A stretch of 62,024 nt of DNA from Pseudomonadota bacterium (lineage in GTDB: Bacteria; Pseudomonadota; Gammaproteobacteria; Burkholderiales; Burkholderiaceae_C): contig JAKAIB010000002.1 of assembly GCA_021814605.1 (NCBI GenBank), forward strand, positions 1 to 62,024. Direction: 5' to 3'. Position numbers and translations under genes: made by a program. Below the pieces are notes generated by a model. It made no database searches and was not told the origin of the DNA. It worked only from the letters and a program-made list of their open reading frames with translations. The first letter of the stretch is position 1. Each line of letters opens with the position of its first letter. Positions 40,584-50,979 of this stretch are shown here, in pieces.

Positions 40584-40620
40584 AACTCCTTCTCCGCTTC
40601 CAGAGGCGGAGAGGGGGGTT
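40584..40620. terminator. Palindromic hairpin (bidirectional terminator/REP-like) between convergent genes
   Basis: AACTCCTTCTCCGCTTC-CA-GAGGCGGAGAGGGGGGTT is an imperfect inverted repeat between the 2-hydroxyacid dehydrogenase and mfd stops. Confidence 0.6.
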
Positions 40621-40633
40621 GACCCACGTGTAC

Positions 40634-43600
40634 CTACGCCGCCTTCGCCTGCATCGCGATCCGGTTGAGGCTCTCCACGATCTCGCGCGCCAGCTTCATC
40701 CTCTCGAGCACTGTCATCTCGCGCACGATCGCGAGCTTGTGGTCCGGGCGCAGCTTCACCATTCCGCCCTTGCTTGCCAGCCACGACACCAGCCCCGAGG
40801 GGTTGCGGAAGGCATTGCCGCGGAAGGTCAGCACCATTCCTTTCGGTCCGGCCTCGACCTTTTCCACGCCGGCCTCGCGGCACAGGCGCTTGAGCGTCAC
40901 CACCGCGAGCAGGTTCTCGACCTCCTCCGGCAGCTTGCCGAACCGATCGACCAGTTCCGCCGCCATCGCCTCGGTCTCCGCGTCCGAGGACAGCGCGCCG
41001 ATGCGACGATACAGGCCAAGCCGCACAGGCAGGTCGCGAACGTACGAATCCGGGATCAGCACCGGCAGGCCAAGCGCGATATTCGGCGTCCAGTCGCGCG
41101 CCTCGACACGCTTGCGCCCGCGCTCGGCGCGCAATTCGGAAACGGCGTCCTCCAGCATCTGCTGGTAGAGTTCGATGCCGACCTCGCGGATATGGCCGGA
41201 CTGCTCGTCGCCGAGCAGATTGCCCGCACCACGGATGTCGAGATCGTGCGACGCCAGCGTGAAGCCGGCGCCAAGGGAATCCAGCGTCTGCATCACCGTC
41301 AGCCGCTTCTCCGCCGCTGCCGACAGCCGGTGCGTCGGCGGCCAGGTCAGATAGGCGTAGCCGCGCTGCTTGCCGCGCCCGACGCGCCCGCGCAACTGGT
41401 ACAACTGCCCCAGCCCGAACATGTCGGCGCGATGGATCAGCAGCGTGTTCACCGCCGGCATGTCGAGTCCGCTCTCGACGATGTTGGTCGAGAGCAGAAT
41501 GTCATAGCGCCCGTCGCCGAACTCCGTCATCACGCGTTCGAGTTCGGTGGGCGCAAGCCGTCCGTGTGCCTGCGCGATCCGCGCCTCCGGCACGATTTCC
41601 GCCAGCCGCTCCGCCATGCGGCCGAGGTCCTCGATGCGCGGCACGACACAGAATACCTGCCCACCGCGGAACCGCTCGCGCTGCAACGCCTCACGGATCA
41701 CCAGGCCGTCGAACGGCATGATGAAGGTACGCACCGCGAGGCGATCGACCGGCGGGGTGGCGATCAGGCTCATCTCCCGCACGCCCGTCAGCGCCAGTTG
41801 CAGCGTGCGCGGGATCGGTGTCGCCGTCAGCGTCAGCACATGCACGTCGGCCTTCAGCGCCTTCAGCTTCTCCTTGTGCGCCACGCCGAAATGCTGCTCC
41901 TCGTCGATCACCAGCAGGCCGAGATTGGCGAAGCTGACCCCCTTGGCCAGCAGAGAGTGCGTGCCGATGACGATCTGCACATCGCCCTCCGCGAGGCCAC
42001 GCCGCACCTCCGATGCTTCCTTTGCGCCGACCATGCGCGACAGTTGCGCGACCTTCACTGGCAACCCTGCGAAGCGGGCCGCAAAGGTGCGGAAATGCTG
42101 GCGCGCCAGCAGCGTCGTCGGCACAACGACCGCGACCTGCGTGCCCGCCATCGCGGCGACGAAGGCGGCGCGCAACGCCACCTCGGTCTTGCCGAAGCCG
42201 ACATCGCCGCAAATCAGCCGGTCCATTGGACGGCCCGATGCCATGTCCTCCAGCACGTCTGCGATGGCGCGCGACTGGTCCTCGGTCTCGGCGAATGGGA
42301 AGCGGGCGCAGAACTCGTCCCACGTGCCTTCCGCCGGGGCCATCACTTCGGCTTCATGCAGTCGTCGCTCGGCGGCGGTGCGGATCAGGGCCGCGGCCAT
42401 GTCGCGGATGCGCTGCTTGGCGCGCGCCTTGCGCGTCTGCCAGCTCGTGCCGCCGAGTTTGTCCAGGGCGACGCCGGCGCCCTCGCTGCCGAAGCGCGAC
42501 AGCATCTCGATGTTCTCGACGGGGAGGAAAAGCTTGTCGTCGCCGTCGTACAGGATGCGCAGGCAGTCGTGCGGCGCGTCGTTCACCGTCAGCGTCACCA
42601 GCCCGTCATAGCGGCCGATGCCGTGATCCTGGTGAACGACCAGATCGCCCTCGGCGATTTCGGTCGCCTCGGCGATGAACTGGTCGGCGCGCTTGCGGCG
42701 GCGCGGCGGGCGGCTGATACGCTCGCCGAGCAAGTCCTGCTCCGACAGAAAGGCGATGCGGCCGATGTCGGCGTCTTCGGCGACGAAGCCCCGCTCCAGC
42801 CCCAGCGTCACCAGAGCCGCGGTGCCGACCGGCGTACGCCGCGCCGACTCCCAGTCATCGGCAGGCTCGGACTTGAAGCCGTGCTCGCGCAGCAGGTGCG
42901 CGATGCGCTCGCGCGATCCGCGCGTCCAGGCAGCGACCATCAGCCGCCGCCCCTCGCCCTCCCAGCGTTGCGCCAGCGTCCGCAACTGCTCGAACGCCGA
43001 TCCGCCCGAGGCCGCCGCCTGTGCGAGGATCGGCGCCGGCCGTCCGCCGCCATCGATGCCCTGGCCCTGGTCGGGCCGCGCGAACGGGGTGAAAGCGAAG
43101 GCCGGGCCGGCAGCCAGCATCGCGTCCCAACCAGCGCGATCCAGATAGAGCCGGTCAGGTGGCAGCGGGCGATACGGCGTCTCGCCGTCGCGCGGCAGGG
43201 CGCGGCGGGCGGCGTAGTGGTCGGCGATCATCTCGAGCCGCGCCGCCAGCACGTCATCGGCCTGATGGTCAAGGCTGACCGAGGCGCCCGGCAGATAGTC
43301 GAGCAGCGTCTCCATCGCGTCATGGAACAGCGGCACCCAGTGCTCCATGCCCGGATGCCGCCGCCCCTCGGAGATCGAGAGGTAGATCGGGTCATCCGCG
43401 GCGCCAGTGCCGAAAGCGTCGCGCCAGCCGGTGCGGAAGCGGGCGACCGATTCGGGGTCGAGGAACACCTCGCTGACCGGGCGCAGCGCCAGCCGCTCGA
43501 TGCGCGCGCCGCTGCGCTGGGTGGCGGGATCGAAGGCGCGGATGCTCTCGATCGTATCGCCGAACAGATCGACCCGCACCGGCTCGCGCCTGCCGGCCGG

Positions 43601-44083
43601 GAACAGGTCGATGATGCCGCCGCGCATGGCGTATTCGCCCGGCTCCATCACCGTGCCGGCGCGGCCGTAGCCGTTGGCCTCCAGGAAGCGCGCCAGCGCC
43701 TCGGGCTGCACGGTGCCGCCGGTGGCCAGCGTCATGCTGGCGCCGGCGAAGACGTGGCGCGGCGGCACGCGCTGCACCAGGGCGTTGACAGTGGTCAACA
43801 CGATGCGCGGCGTGGACGCCGGCTCCAGCAGGCGCGCGAGGGTGGCAACCCGCTCGCTGATCAGTTCCGGGTTGGGGGAGACGCGGTCATAGGGCAGGCA
43901 GTCCCAGGCCGGGAAGCGCAGCCGCTGCGTGTGCGGGGCGAAGAAGGCCAGCGCCTCGGCCATCCGCGCCATCCGGCTGTCGTCGCGGGCGACGTGCAGG
44001 AGCGGTCCGGGGTGCTCGCGGGCGCGGCGGGCGAGCAGGACCGCGTCCCACCCCTCTGGCGCGCCCCAGACCGGGGCGGTCAT
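40634..44083 (-). CDS. mfd: Transcription-repair coupling factor
   Basis: FPAWDCLPYDRVSP, CarD-like RID (LVVHQDHGIGRY), CGDVGFGKTEVA, DEEQHFGV, TATPIPRT and QLYQLRGRVGR motifs, plus the TRCF C-terminus. Confidence 0.98.
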   Translation of the reverse strand: MTAPVWGAPEGWDAVLLARRAREHPGPLLHVARDDSRMARMAEALAFFAPHTQRLRFPAWDCLPYDRVSPNPELISERVATLARLLEPASTPRIVLTTVNALVQRVPPRHVFAGASMTLATGGTVQPEALARFLEANGYGRAGTVMEPGEYAMRGGIIDLFPAGRREPVRVDLFGDTIESIRAFDPATQRSGARIERLALRPVSEVFLDPESVARFRTGWRDAFGTGAADDPIYLSISEGRRHPGMEHWVPLFHDAMETLLDYLPGASVSLDHQADDVLAARLEMIADHYAARRALPRDGETPYRPLPPDRLYLDRAGWDAMLAAGPAFAFTPFARPDQGQGIDGGGRPAPILAQAAASGGSAFEQLRTLAQRWEGEGRRLMVAAWTRGSRERIAHLLREHGFKSEPADDWESARRTPVGTAALVTLGLERGFVAEDADIGRIAFLSEQDLLGERISRPPRRRKRADQFIAEATEIAEGDLVVHQDHGIGRYDGLVTLTVNDAPHDCLRILYDGDDKLFLPVENIEMLSRFGSEGAGVALDKLGGTSWQTRKARAKQRIRDMAAALIRTAAERRLHEAEVMAPAEGTWDEFCARFPFAETEDQSRAIADVLEDMASGRPMDRLICGDVGFGKTEVALRAAFVAAMAGTQVAVVVPTTLLARQHFRTFAARFAGLPVKVAQLSRMVGAKEASEVRRGLAEGDVQIVIGTHSLLAKGVSFANLGLLVIDEEQHFGVAHKEKLKALKADVHVLTLTATPIPRTLQLALTGVREMSLIATPPVDRLAVRTFIMPFDGLVIREALQRERFRGGQVFCVVPRIEDLGRMAERLAEIVPEARIAQAHGRLAPTELERVMTEFGDGRYDILLSTNIVESGLDMPAVNTLLIHRADMFGLGQLYQLRGRVGRGKQRGYAYLTWPPTHRLSAAAEKRLTVMQTLDSLGAGFTLASHDLDIRGAGNLLGDEQSGHIREVGIELYQQMLEDAVSELRAERGRKRVEARDWTPNIALGLPVLIPDSYVRDLPVRLGLYRRIGALSSDAETEAMAAELVDRFGKLPEEVENLLAVVTLKRLCREAGVEKVEAGPKGMVLTFRGNAFRNPSGLVSWLASKGGMVKLRPDHKLAIVREMTVLERMKLAREIVESLNRIAMQAKAA

Positions 44084-44361
44084 GGCACTGCCGCCTCACG
44101 CATCGCGCGCAGCAGCGGCGCGGCGTCGTCCGGCAACGGGCGCCTGCCGGTCAACCAGTCGGCGAGGTCAGGGTCGGGCAGGTCCAGCAGCGCCTCCAGC
44201 GCGTCCATCTCGGCATCGGTGAACAGGTCGATCCGGCTTGTCACGTAGCCGCCGACCAGCAGGTCGGTTTCGTGCGTGCCGCGATGGGTGGCGCGGAACA
44301 ACGCACGGCGCCGGCGCGCGTCGCGCGGCGAGTCAGAAGGATCAAGCATCGCGGTTGCCAT
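44080..44361 (-). CDS. sdhE: Succinate dehydrogenase flavinylation factor SdhE/SDHAF2
   Basis: RRRALFRATHRGTHETDLL (RGxxE motif) and LPDPDLADWL. Located between mfd and recG. Confidence 0.88.
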   Translation of the reverse strand: MATAMLDPSDSPRDARRRRALFRATHRGTHETDLLVGGYVTSRIDLFTDAEMDALEALLDLPDPDLADWLTGRRPLPDDAAPLLRAMREAAVP

Positions 44362-44380
44362 ATAGTCGGGCGTTTGGTCA

Positions 44381-46435
44381 GTGTCAGCCGTGCAACACGA
44401 CCGACTCGCCCCGCTTTTCGCACCCCTGACCAGCCTGCGCGGCCTCGGCGAGCCGCGGGCGCGACTGGTGGCGCGCGCCGCCGGCGGGGATCGGGTGATC
44501 GACCTGCTGTTCCACCTGCCCGAGTCATATATCGACCGCCGCCAGAGAGTCGCCCTGCGCGCCCTGCCGGCCGGCCGGGTCGTGACGGTCACGGTCGCCG
44601 TGGTCCGAATCGAACGTCCGGCAAACGCCCGCCAGCCGACACGCGCGGTGGTGACCGACGGGACCGGCTTTGCCGAGATCGCCTTCTTCAAGGGCTTCCC
44701 ACACGCCCGGCTGCCGGTCGGCGCGCGGGTGGTGGTGTCCGGCAAGGCCGATGAGCGGCGGAGCTTCGTTCACCCTGACCACATCGTGCCGGAGGACGCT
44801 GCAGCGCGGCTGCCCGATGTCGAGCCGGTCTGGCCGCTGACTGCCGGCCTGTTCCCCTGGCACCTGCGCGGGCCCATCGCCGATGCGCTCGACCGCATTC
44901 CGGACCTGCCGGAGTGGCAGGACGCCGCCCTGCAGCGCCGCGAAGGCTGGCCGGGCTTTGCCGGGGCGCTGCGCGCGCTGCACGCGCCGGAGGCACCGCC
45001 GCCCCCCGGCCCTCGGCGGCGGCTCGCCTATGACGAACTGCTGGCCGGGCAGGTGGCGCTGGCGCTGGTGCGAAGGCGCGTGCTGGCCCGTCCGGGGCGG
45101 GCGCTGACCGGCGACGGGCGGCTGCGGGCGCGGGCCTTGGCAACATTCGGGCAGGCACTCACGCCATCACAGACGGCGGCGCTGGCCGAGATCGACGCTG
45201 ACCTTGCGGCCCCCCGGCGGATGTTGCGGCTGCTGCAGGGCGATGTCGGGTCGGGCAAAACGCTGGTGGCGCTGTTGGCCATGCTGCGTGCCGTTGAGGA
45301 CGGCGCCCAGGCGGCGCTGCTGGCACCGACCGAACTGCTGGCGCAGCAGCACCTGCGCACGCTGGCCCGCCTTGCCCCCGTGCCGGTCGCGCTGCTGACC
45401 GGCAGCGTCAAGGGTGCGGCGCGCGAACGCATCCTGCGCGGCCTCGCCGAAGGCGCGCTGCCGCTGGTGGTCGGCACCCATGCGCTGTTCCAGGATCGGG
45501 TCGAATACCACGACCTGGCACTAGCGGTGATCGACGAGCAGCACCGCTTCGGCGTTGCCCAGCGGCTCCTGATGGGCGGCAAGGGGCGCGTCAGCGACGT
45601 GCTGGTGATGACGGCCACCCCGATCCCGCGCACGCTGCTGCTGACGCAATGGGGCGAGATGACGGTCAGCCGCCTGACCGAAAAGCCAGCCGGGCGGCTG
45701 CCGGTGCGCACCACGCTGCACTCGCTGGCGACGCTGGACGACGTGACCGACGGGATCGGCCGCGCGCTCGACGGCGGGGCGCGCGTCTATTGGGTCTGCC
45801 CGCTGGTTGCCGAGAGCGAAACCGCCGACCTCGCCGCCGCCGAGGCACGCTTCGCCGCGCTGCGGGCACGCTTCGGCCAGACGGTCGGGCTGGCGCATGG
45901 GCAGCAGGAGAGCGCCGTGCGCGAGGCGGCGCTGGCCGACTTCGCCACCGGGCGCACGCGCCTGCTGGTCGCGACCACGGTGATCGAGGTCGGCGTCGAT
46001 GTGCCGGAGGCCAGCGTGATGGTGATAGAGCATGCCGAACGCTTCGGGCTGGCCCAGTTGCACCAGTTGCGCGGCCGCGTCGGGCGGGGACGGGACGCAA
46101 GTTTCTGCCTGCTGCTGCACGAGGCGGGGCTGACCGAGGCGGCCCGGCGGCGCCTGCTGCTGCTGCGCGACACCGAGGACGGGTTCCGCATCGCCGACGA
46201 GGATTTCCGCATCCGCGGCGGCGGCGACGCGCTCGGCACCCGGCAGGCGGGCGCGCCGGGCTGGCGGCTCGCCGATCCGGTGCAGGACGAGCGCCTGCTC
46301 CACATGGCCGCCCGCGACGCGGCCCTGCTGCTGGAGCGCGACCCCAGGCTCGCTGGCGAACGCGGGCAGGCGGTGCGGGTTCTGTTGCGCCTGTTCGAGC
46401 GGACAGCCGCGATGCGGACGTTGCAGGCAGGGTGA
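44381..46435 (+). CDS. recG: ATP-dependent DNA helicase RecG
   Basis: RRLAYDEL, QGDVGSGKT, DEQHRFGVAQR, TATPIPRTL and ERFGLAQLHQLRGRVGRG motifs. Confidence 0.97.
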   Translation: MSAVQHDRLAPLFAPLTSLRGLGEPRARLVARAAGGDRVIDLLFHLPESYIDRRQRVALRALPAGRVVTVTVAVVRIERPANARQPTRAVVTDGTGFAEIAFFKGFPHARLPVGARVVVSGKADERRSFVHPDHIVPEDAAARLPDVEPVWPLTAGLFPWHLRGPIADALDRIPDLPEWQDAALQRREGWPGFAGALRALHAPEAPPPPGPRRRLAYDELLAGQVALALVRRRVLARPGRALTGDGRLRARALATFGQALTPSQTAALAEIDADLAAPRRMLRLLQGDVGSGKTLVALLAMLRAVEDGAQAALLAPTELLAQQHLRTLARLAPVPVALLTGSVKGAARERILRGLAEGALPLVVGTHALFQDRVEYHDLALAVIDEQHRFGVAQRLLMGGKGRVSDVLVMTATPIPRTLLLTQWGEMTVSRLTEKPAGRLPVRTTLHSLATLDDVTDGIGRALDGGARVYWVCPLVAESETADLAAAEARFAALRARFGQTVGLAHGQQESAVREAALADFATGRTRLLVATTVIEVGVDVPEASVMVIEHAERFGLAQLHQLRGRVGRGRDASFCLLLHEAGLTEAARRRLLLLRDTEDGFRIADEDFRIRGGGDALGTRQAGAPGWRLADPVQDERLLHMAARDAALLLERDPRLAGERGQAVRVLLRLFERTAAMRTLQAG

Positions 46436-46546
46436 GCCGGGCTTTGCAGGTCTATTAAACCCGCTTCATCCCCGCATCGTACCAGGTTGCAAATATGCGG
46501 GATTGCGCTATTCCGGCGCGCCGATGCTGGCGGGGAATTCGGAAAC

Positions 46547-47281
46547 GTGGTTGCATTAATCGAGATCGCGGGGCTCACCAAGCGTTTCGGTTCGTTCACG
46601 GCGGTCGATGACGTCTCCTTCAGCGTCGCGCGCGGCGAGGTGCTGGGGTTCCTCGGGCCCAACGGCGCCGGCAAGTCCACGACCATGCGGATGCTGGCCG
46701 GCTTCATGCCGCCCACCGCCGGCACCGCGCGCATCTGCGGCCACGACGTGCTGACCGATGCCGTCGCCGCGCGGCGCAACCTCGGCTTCCTGCCGGAGGG
46801 GGCGCCGACTTACCCGGACATGGGGGTGGAGGCGTTCCTGCGCTTCGTCGCGCGCATCCGCGGCTATTCCGGGCGTGAACTCAATGAGCGGGTGGCGCAG
46901 GCGATCGGGCTGACCACGCTCGCCGGCGTGCGGCTACAGCCGATCGAGACGCTGTCGAAGGGCTTCAAGCGTCGGGTGGGGCTGGCGCAGGCGCTGCTGC
47001 ACGATCCGCCTGTGCTGGTGCTCGACGAGCCGACGGATGGGCTCGACCCCAACCAAAAACACGAGGTCCGCGCGCTGATCCGCAGTATGGCGCCGCACAA
47101 GGCCATCGTCATCAGCACGCATATTCTGGAGGAAGTGGACGCCGTGTGCACGCGCGCCATCATTATCGCCCGCGGCCGCGTGGCCGCGGACGCCACGCCC
47201 GCCGAGTTGGAGCAGCGCCATCCGTCGGGCCGGCTCGACGACGTGTTCCGCGAGATCACGGCCGAGAAAGCAGCGGCATGA
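46547..47281 (+). CDS. ABC transporter ATP-binding protein (GldA-like)
   Basis: GPNGAGKST, LSKGFKRRVG, LDEPTDGLD and STH motifs. Confidence 0.93.
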   Translation: MVALIEIAGLTKRFGSFTAVDDVSFSVARGEVLGFLGPNGAGKSTTMRMLAGFMPPTAGTARICGHDVLTDAVAARRNLGFLPEGAPTYPDMGVEAFLRFVARIRGYSGRELNERVAQAIGLTTLAGVRLQPIETLSKGFKRRVGLAQALLHDPPVLVLDEPTDGLDPNQKHEVRALIRSMAPHKAIVISTHILEEVDAVCTRAIIIARGRVAADATPAELEQRHPSGRLDDVFREITAEKAAA

Positions 47282-48024
47282 GCGGATTTTCCGTGCGCAA
47301 CACGCTCGCGGTCGCGCGGCGCGAGTTCGCGGGCTATTTCGCTACACCTGTCGCCGTGGTGTTCATCGTCATCTTCCTCGTGCTGCAGGGCGTGCTGACC
47401 TTCAATCTCGGCGGCTTTTTCGAACGCGACCAGGCTGACCTGACGCCGTTCTTCTCCTTCCTGCCCTGGGTGTTCCTGTTGCTGGTGCCGGCGATCACCA
47501 TGCGGTTGTGGGCCGAGGAACGCCGTCTCGGCACGATCGAACTGCTGCTGACGCTGCCGCTGCGGCAGTCGGAGGCGGTGATCGGCAAGTTCCTGGCTGC
47601 CTGGGCGTTCTGCGCGGTGGCGCTGGTCCTGACCTTCCCGTTCTGGATCACCGTCAACGTGCTCGGCAGCCCCGACAACGGTGCCATCGCCAGCGGCTAT
47701 GTCGGCGCGCTGCTGGTGGCGGGTGCCTTCCTCGCGGTCGGCGCGGCGATGTCGGCGGCGACGAAGAATCAGGTGATCGCCTTCGTGCTCGCGCTTGCGG
47801 TGTGCTTCGCCTTCGCCGTCGCATCCTACCCGCTGGTCACCGATTTCATCTCCCGCGCCTCGCCGGGAGTGGCGGAGTTCGCGCGGCGCGTGAGCGTGAT
47901 CGAGCGGTTCACCGGCTTCACCCGCGGTGTGATCGCGCTGCGCGACGTCGTCTACTTCGCGTCGTTCATCGGCTTCTTCCTCTTTCTGAACACCGTGATC
48001 CTCGAGCACCGCAAGGCGGACTGA
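47278..48024 (+). CDS. ABC-2 type permease (GldF-like)
   Basis: ARREFAGYF and TMRLWAEERRLGTIELLLTLP motifs, with 6 TM segments. Confidence 0.9.
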   Translation: MSGFSVRNTLAVARREFAGYFATPVAVVFIVIFLVLQGVLTFNLGGFFERDQADLTPFFSFLPWVFLLLVPAITMRLWAEERRLGTIELLLTLPLRQSEAVIGKFLAAWAFCAVALVLTFPFWITVNVLGSPDNGAIASGYVGALLVAGAFLAVGAAMSAATKNQVIAFVLALAVCFAFAVASYPLVTDFISRASPGVAEFARRVSVIERFTGFTRGVIALRDVVYFASFIGFFLFLNTVILEHRKAD

Positions 48025-48030
48025 GCGACA

Positions 48031-49899
48031 ATGCGCAAACTCTGGTCCTCCGTCCTCGGCGTGATCGCCGTCGCCGCGCTGCTGATCGGCGTCAACCTGC
48101 TTTCGGACCGCTTTCTGCAGGATGCTCGGCTCGATCTGACACAGCAGCATCTGTACACGCTTTCGCCCGGCACGCGGCACATCCTGGCGAACCTCAAAGA
48201 GCCGATCACGCTCAAGCTGTTCTATTCGCGCCAGCTCGGCACCGCCGCGCCTGCCTACGCCGCGTATGCCGAGCGCGTGCGCGCGATGCTGCGCGAATAC
48301 GCCGCCGATGCACATGGCAAGCTAAATCTGCAATTCTACGATCCCGTACCGTTCAGCGATACCGAGGACCGCGCGCTGGCCTACGGGCTGCAGGGCGTGC
48401 CGCTGAACCAGGGCGGCGAACAGGTATATTTCGGACTGGCCGGCACCAACCTGCTCGACGACCAGCAGACCATCCCGTTCTTTCAGTCGGAACGTGAGCG
48501 CTTCCTGGAATATGACCTGACGCGGCTGGTCTATGAGCTGTCCGACCCCAAGCGCGCAGTGCTCGGCGTGATGTCGTCGCTGCCGCTGGAAGGCGACCCG
48601 CGCATGATGATGTCGGGCCGCGGCGGCGGGCCGTGGGTGTCGATGCAGCAGCTCCAGCAGGGCTTCACCGTCCGCAACGTGCCCGTGGACGCGCAGACGA
48701 TCGACCCGGAGATCAAGGTGCTGATGGTCGCCAGCGCGCAAGGGCTGAAGGACCCGACGCTCTACGCGATCGACCAGTTCGTCATGCGCGGCGGGCGGCT
48801 GCTGGCGATGGTCGATCCGCACAGCGAGGCCGAGGCTGCACAACCGGACCCGTCCGGGATGCCGCGGCAGGACACCGGCAGCAACCTTGCCAGGCTGTTT
48901 GACGCCTGGGGCATCACGTTCGATCCCAAGGAGGTCGTCGGCGACCTCAACGGCGCGTGGCGCGTGCGCTCCGGCCAGCGGGTCGTGGACTACGTGCCGT
49001 GGTTCAACATCCGCGGTGACGGCCTCGCGCATGACGACCCCGCACTGGCGGACGTGACGCAGGTGACGGTCGCCTCGGCCGGCGCAATCGCGAAGAAGCC
49101 GGATGCAAAGATCGAATTCGCGCCGCTGCTGCGCAGCAGCAAGGAATCGGGGCTGATCCCGGTCGCAAAGGTCAGCGAGTTTCCGGACCCCGCCAGCATC
49201 CTCGCCGACTTCAAGCCCTCAGGTGGTGCGCGGGTGATCGCCGCGCGCATCCACGGCGAGCTGACTTCCGCGTTCCCCGGACCGCCGGCCGGAGAGAAGG
49301 ACGCCAGCAAGCTGCCACCGTTCAAGGCGCACAGCGACGGCGCGGTCAATATGGTCGTCGTCGGCGACAGCGACATCCTGGCCGACCGCTTCTGGGTGCG
49401 CACGCAGGATTTCTTCGGTCAGCAGGAAGCGGTACCGTTCAGCGACAATGGGCCGTTCGTGGCCAACGTGGTGGGCACGCTCGCAGGCGGCGACGACCTG
49501 ATCGGGCTGCGCGGCAAGGGCCAGATCATCCGGCCGTTCACGCTGGTGGACAACATCCAGCACAAAGCCGAGGCGCAGTTCCAGCAGACCGAGAAGGCAT
49601 TGCAGGCGCATCTCGATGCCACGCAGAAGAAGCTCGCCGAACTTCGTGCTGGCACGGGCGCGCAAAAGGCCGCCGTGATCACGGCGGAGCAGAGCGCCGC
49701 CATCGCCGATCTCCAGGCCGACATCGTGCAGACGCGCAGCAAGCTGCGCGCGGTGCAGTTCGACCTGCGCCGCGACATCGACGCGCTGGAGACGGAATTG
49801 CGTCTGCTCAACATTGTGCTGGTACCCGTGGTGCTCACACTGCTGGCGATCGTGCTGGGCCTGCTGCGCAGTCGCCGCCGCGCCCGTGCGCGCGTCTGA
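48031..49899 (+). CDS. GldG-family ABC auxiliary component
   Basis: RLDLT...YTLSPGT, LEYDLTR and IDQFVMRGG motifs. N- and C-terminal TM segments and a coiled coil. Confidence 0.88.
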   Translation: MRKLWSSVLGVIAVAALLIGVNLLSDRFLQDARLDLTQQHLYTLSPGTRHILANLKEPITLKLFYSRQLGTAAPAYAAYAERVRAMLREYAADAHGKLNLQFYDPVPFSDTEDRALAYGLQGVPLNQGGEQVYFGLAGTNLLDDQQTIPFFQSERERFLEYDLTRLVYELSDPKRAVLGVMSSLPLEGDPRMMMSGRGGGPWVSMQQLQQGFTVRNVPVDAQTIDPEIKVLMVASAQGLKDPTLYAIDQFVMRGGRLLAMVDPHSEAEAAQPDPSGMPRQDTGSNLARLFDAWGITFDPKEVVGDLNGAWRVRSGQRVVDYVPWFNIRGDGLAHDDPALADVTQVTVASAGAIAKKPDAKIEFAPLLRSSKESGLIPVAKVSEFPDPASILADFKPSGGARVIAARIHGELTSAFPGPPAGEKDASKLPPFKAHSDGAVNMVVVGDSDILADRFWVRTQDFFGQQEAVPFSDNGPFVANVVGTLAGGDDLIGLRGKGQIIRPFTLVDNIQHKAEAQFQQTEKALQAHLDATQKKLAELRAGTGAQKAAVITAEQSAAIADLQADIVQTRSKLRAVQFDLRRDIDALETELRLLNIVLVPVVLTLLAIVLGLLRSRRRARARV

Positions 49900-49914
49900 G
49901 GAGAAGGAGCGCAG

Positions 49915-50979
49915 ATGCGCACGCGAACATCGGTGATCCTGGCCGCACTCGGGGCGGTCGTGCTGGCGCTCGGCATCGTGTACGGCACGGGCCAGACCGG
50001 GCAGACGCAGCAGGCCGCGCAGGGCAGGCGCATGTTCCCCGATCTGGTGGCGAAGCTGGCCGACGCGCAGAAGGTCGAGATCGTCCACAAGGGAAGCACG
50101 CTGGCCCTGGTTCGCGGCAGGGACTCTGCCGCGGATTGGGGTGTTGCCGCGCGCGACGGCTATCGGACCCAGGCGGGCAAGGTGCATGAACTTCTGACAC
50201 GCCTGACCGAACTGCGGCTGGACGAACCGCGCACCGCCGACCCGGCGATGTACGCGCGGCTCGGCGTTGAGGACCCGGGAAAGGACGCCGAATCCACGTT
50301 GCTGCAGGTGCTGGACGGCAAAGGCGGCATCATCGCCGCGGTCATCGTCGGCCATCCCCGCCCGGCCTCGCGCGGCGGCGTCGACACGCTGTACGTGCGC
50401 CGCCCCGGAGAGGCGCAGTCCTGGCTTGCCGACGGCAAGCTGGAGATTACGTCAGAAGTGCAGGACTGGATCGATCGCGACATCGTCAACATCGCGCCGG
50501 CCAAAGTGGCGAGCGACGTGGTGACGCGCGGGGATGTGACGCTGAGCTTTACGCGATCGGGAGACAAGCTGGCGCTGACGGCGCCGGCCGATCATCCGAA
50601 GCTCGACGATGCCAAGCTGGACTCCGTCGCCTCGGCGCTGGCCGACCTGACGCTCGAGGACGTGCGGCGCGCCCCGGCACCGGGCACGCCGCTCGGCCGC
50701 GCCGTGATGACCACCACCGACGGCCTCGTCCTGACGGCGGACGTGAGCAAGGACGGGCTGGCGATCTGGACCACGTTCTCCGTCACGGGCAAGGACGCCG
50801 CCGCGCTGGACAAGAAGCTGAAAGGGTGGGCCTATGAGATCGGCAGTTGGAAGGAGCAGGCGCTGGTGCCGACGCTGGCCGACCTGAAGGCCGCCGAGCC
50901 GGCGCCCGCGACACCCGCGACGCCTGCGCCGGCGGTATCCGCGCCGGCTTTGCCCATGCCGACCATTCCGTCCCAGTGA
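49915..50979 (+). CDS. DUF4340-type periplasmic protein
   Basis: N-terminal anchor and YARLGV, VIVG, LYVRRPGEAQSWL motifs. Occupies the usual fourth position of GldAFG-like operons. Confidence 0.75.
   Translation: MRTRTSVILAALGAVVLALGIVYGTGQTGQTQQAAQGRRMFPDLVAKLADAQKVEIVHKGSTLALVRGRDSAADWGVAARDGYRTQAGKVHELLTRLTELRLDEPRTADPAMYARLGVEDPGKDAESTLLQVLDGKGGIIAAVIVGHPRPASRGGVDTLYVRRPGEAQSWLADGKLEITSEVQDWIDRDIVNIAPAKVASDVVTRGDVTLSFTRSGDKLALTAPADHPKLDDAKLDSVASALADLTLEDVRRAPAPGTPLGRAVMTTTDGLVLTADVSKDGLAIWTTFSVTGKDAAALDKKLKGWAYEIGSWKEQALVPTLADLKAAEPAPATPATPAPAVSAPALPMPTIPSQ

Noticed and set aside
40010-44248. 1412-aa plus-strand ORF
   Set aside because: Antisense shadow of mfd caused by high-GC codon bias; it has no motifs.
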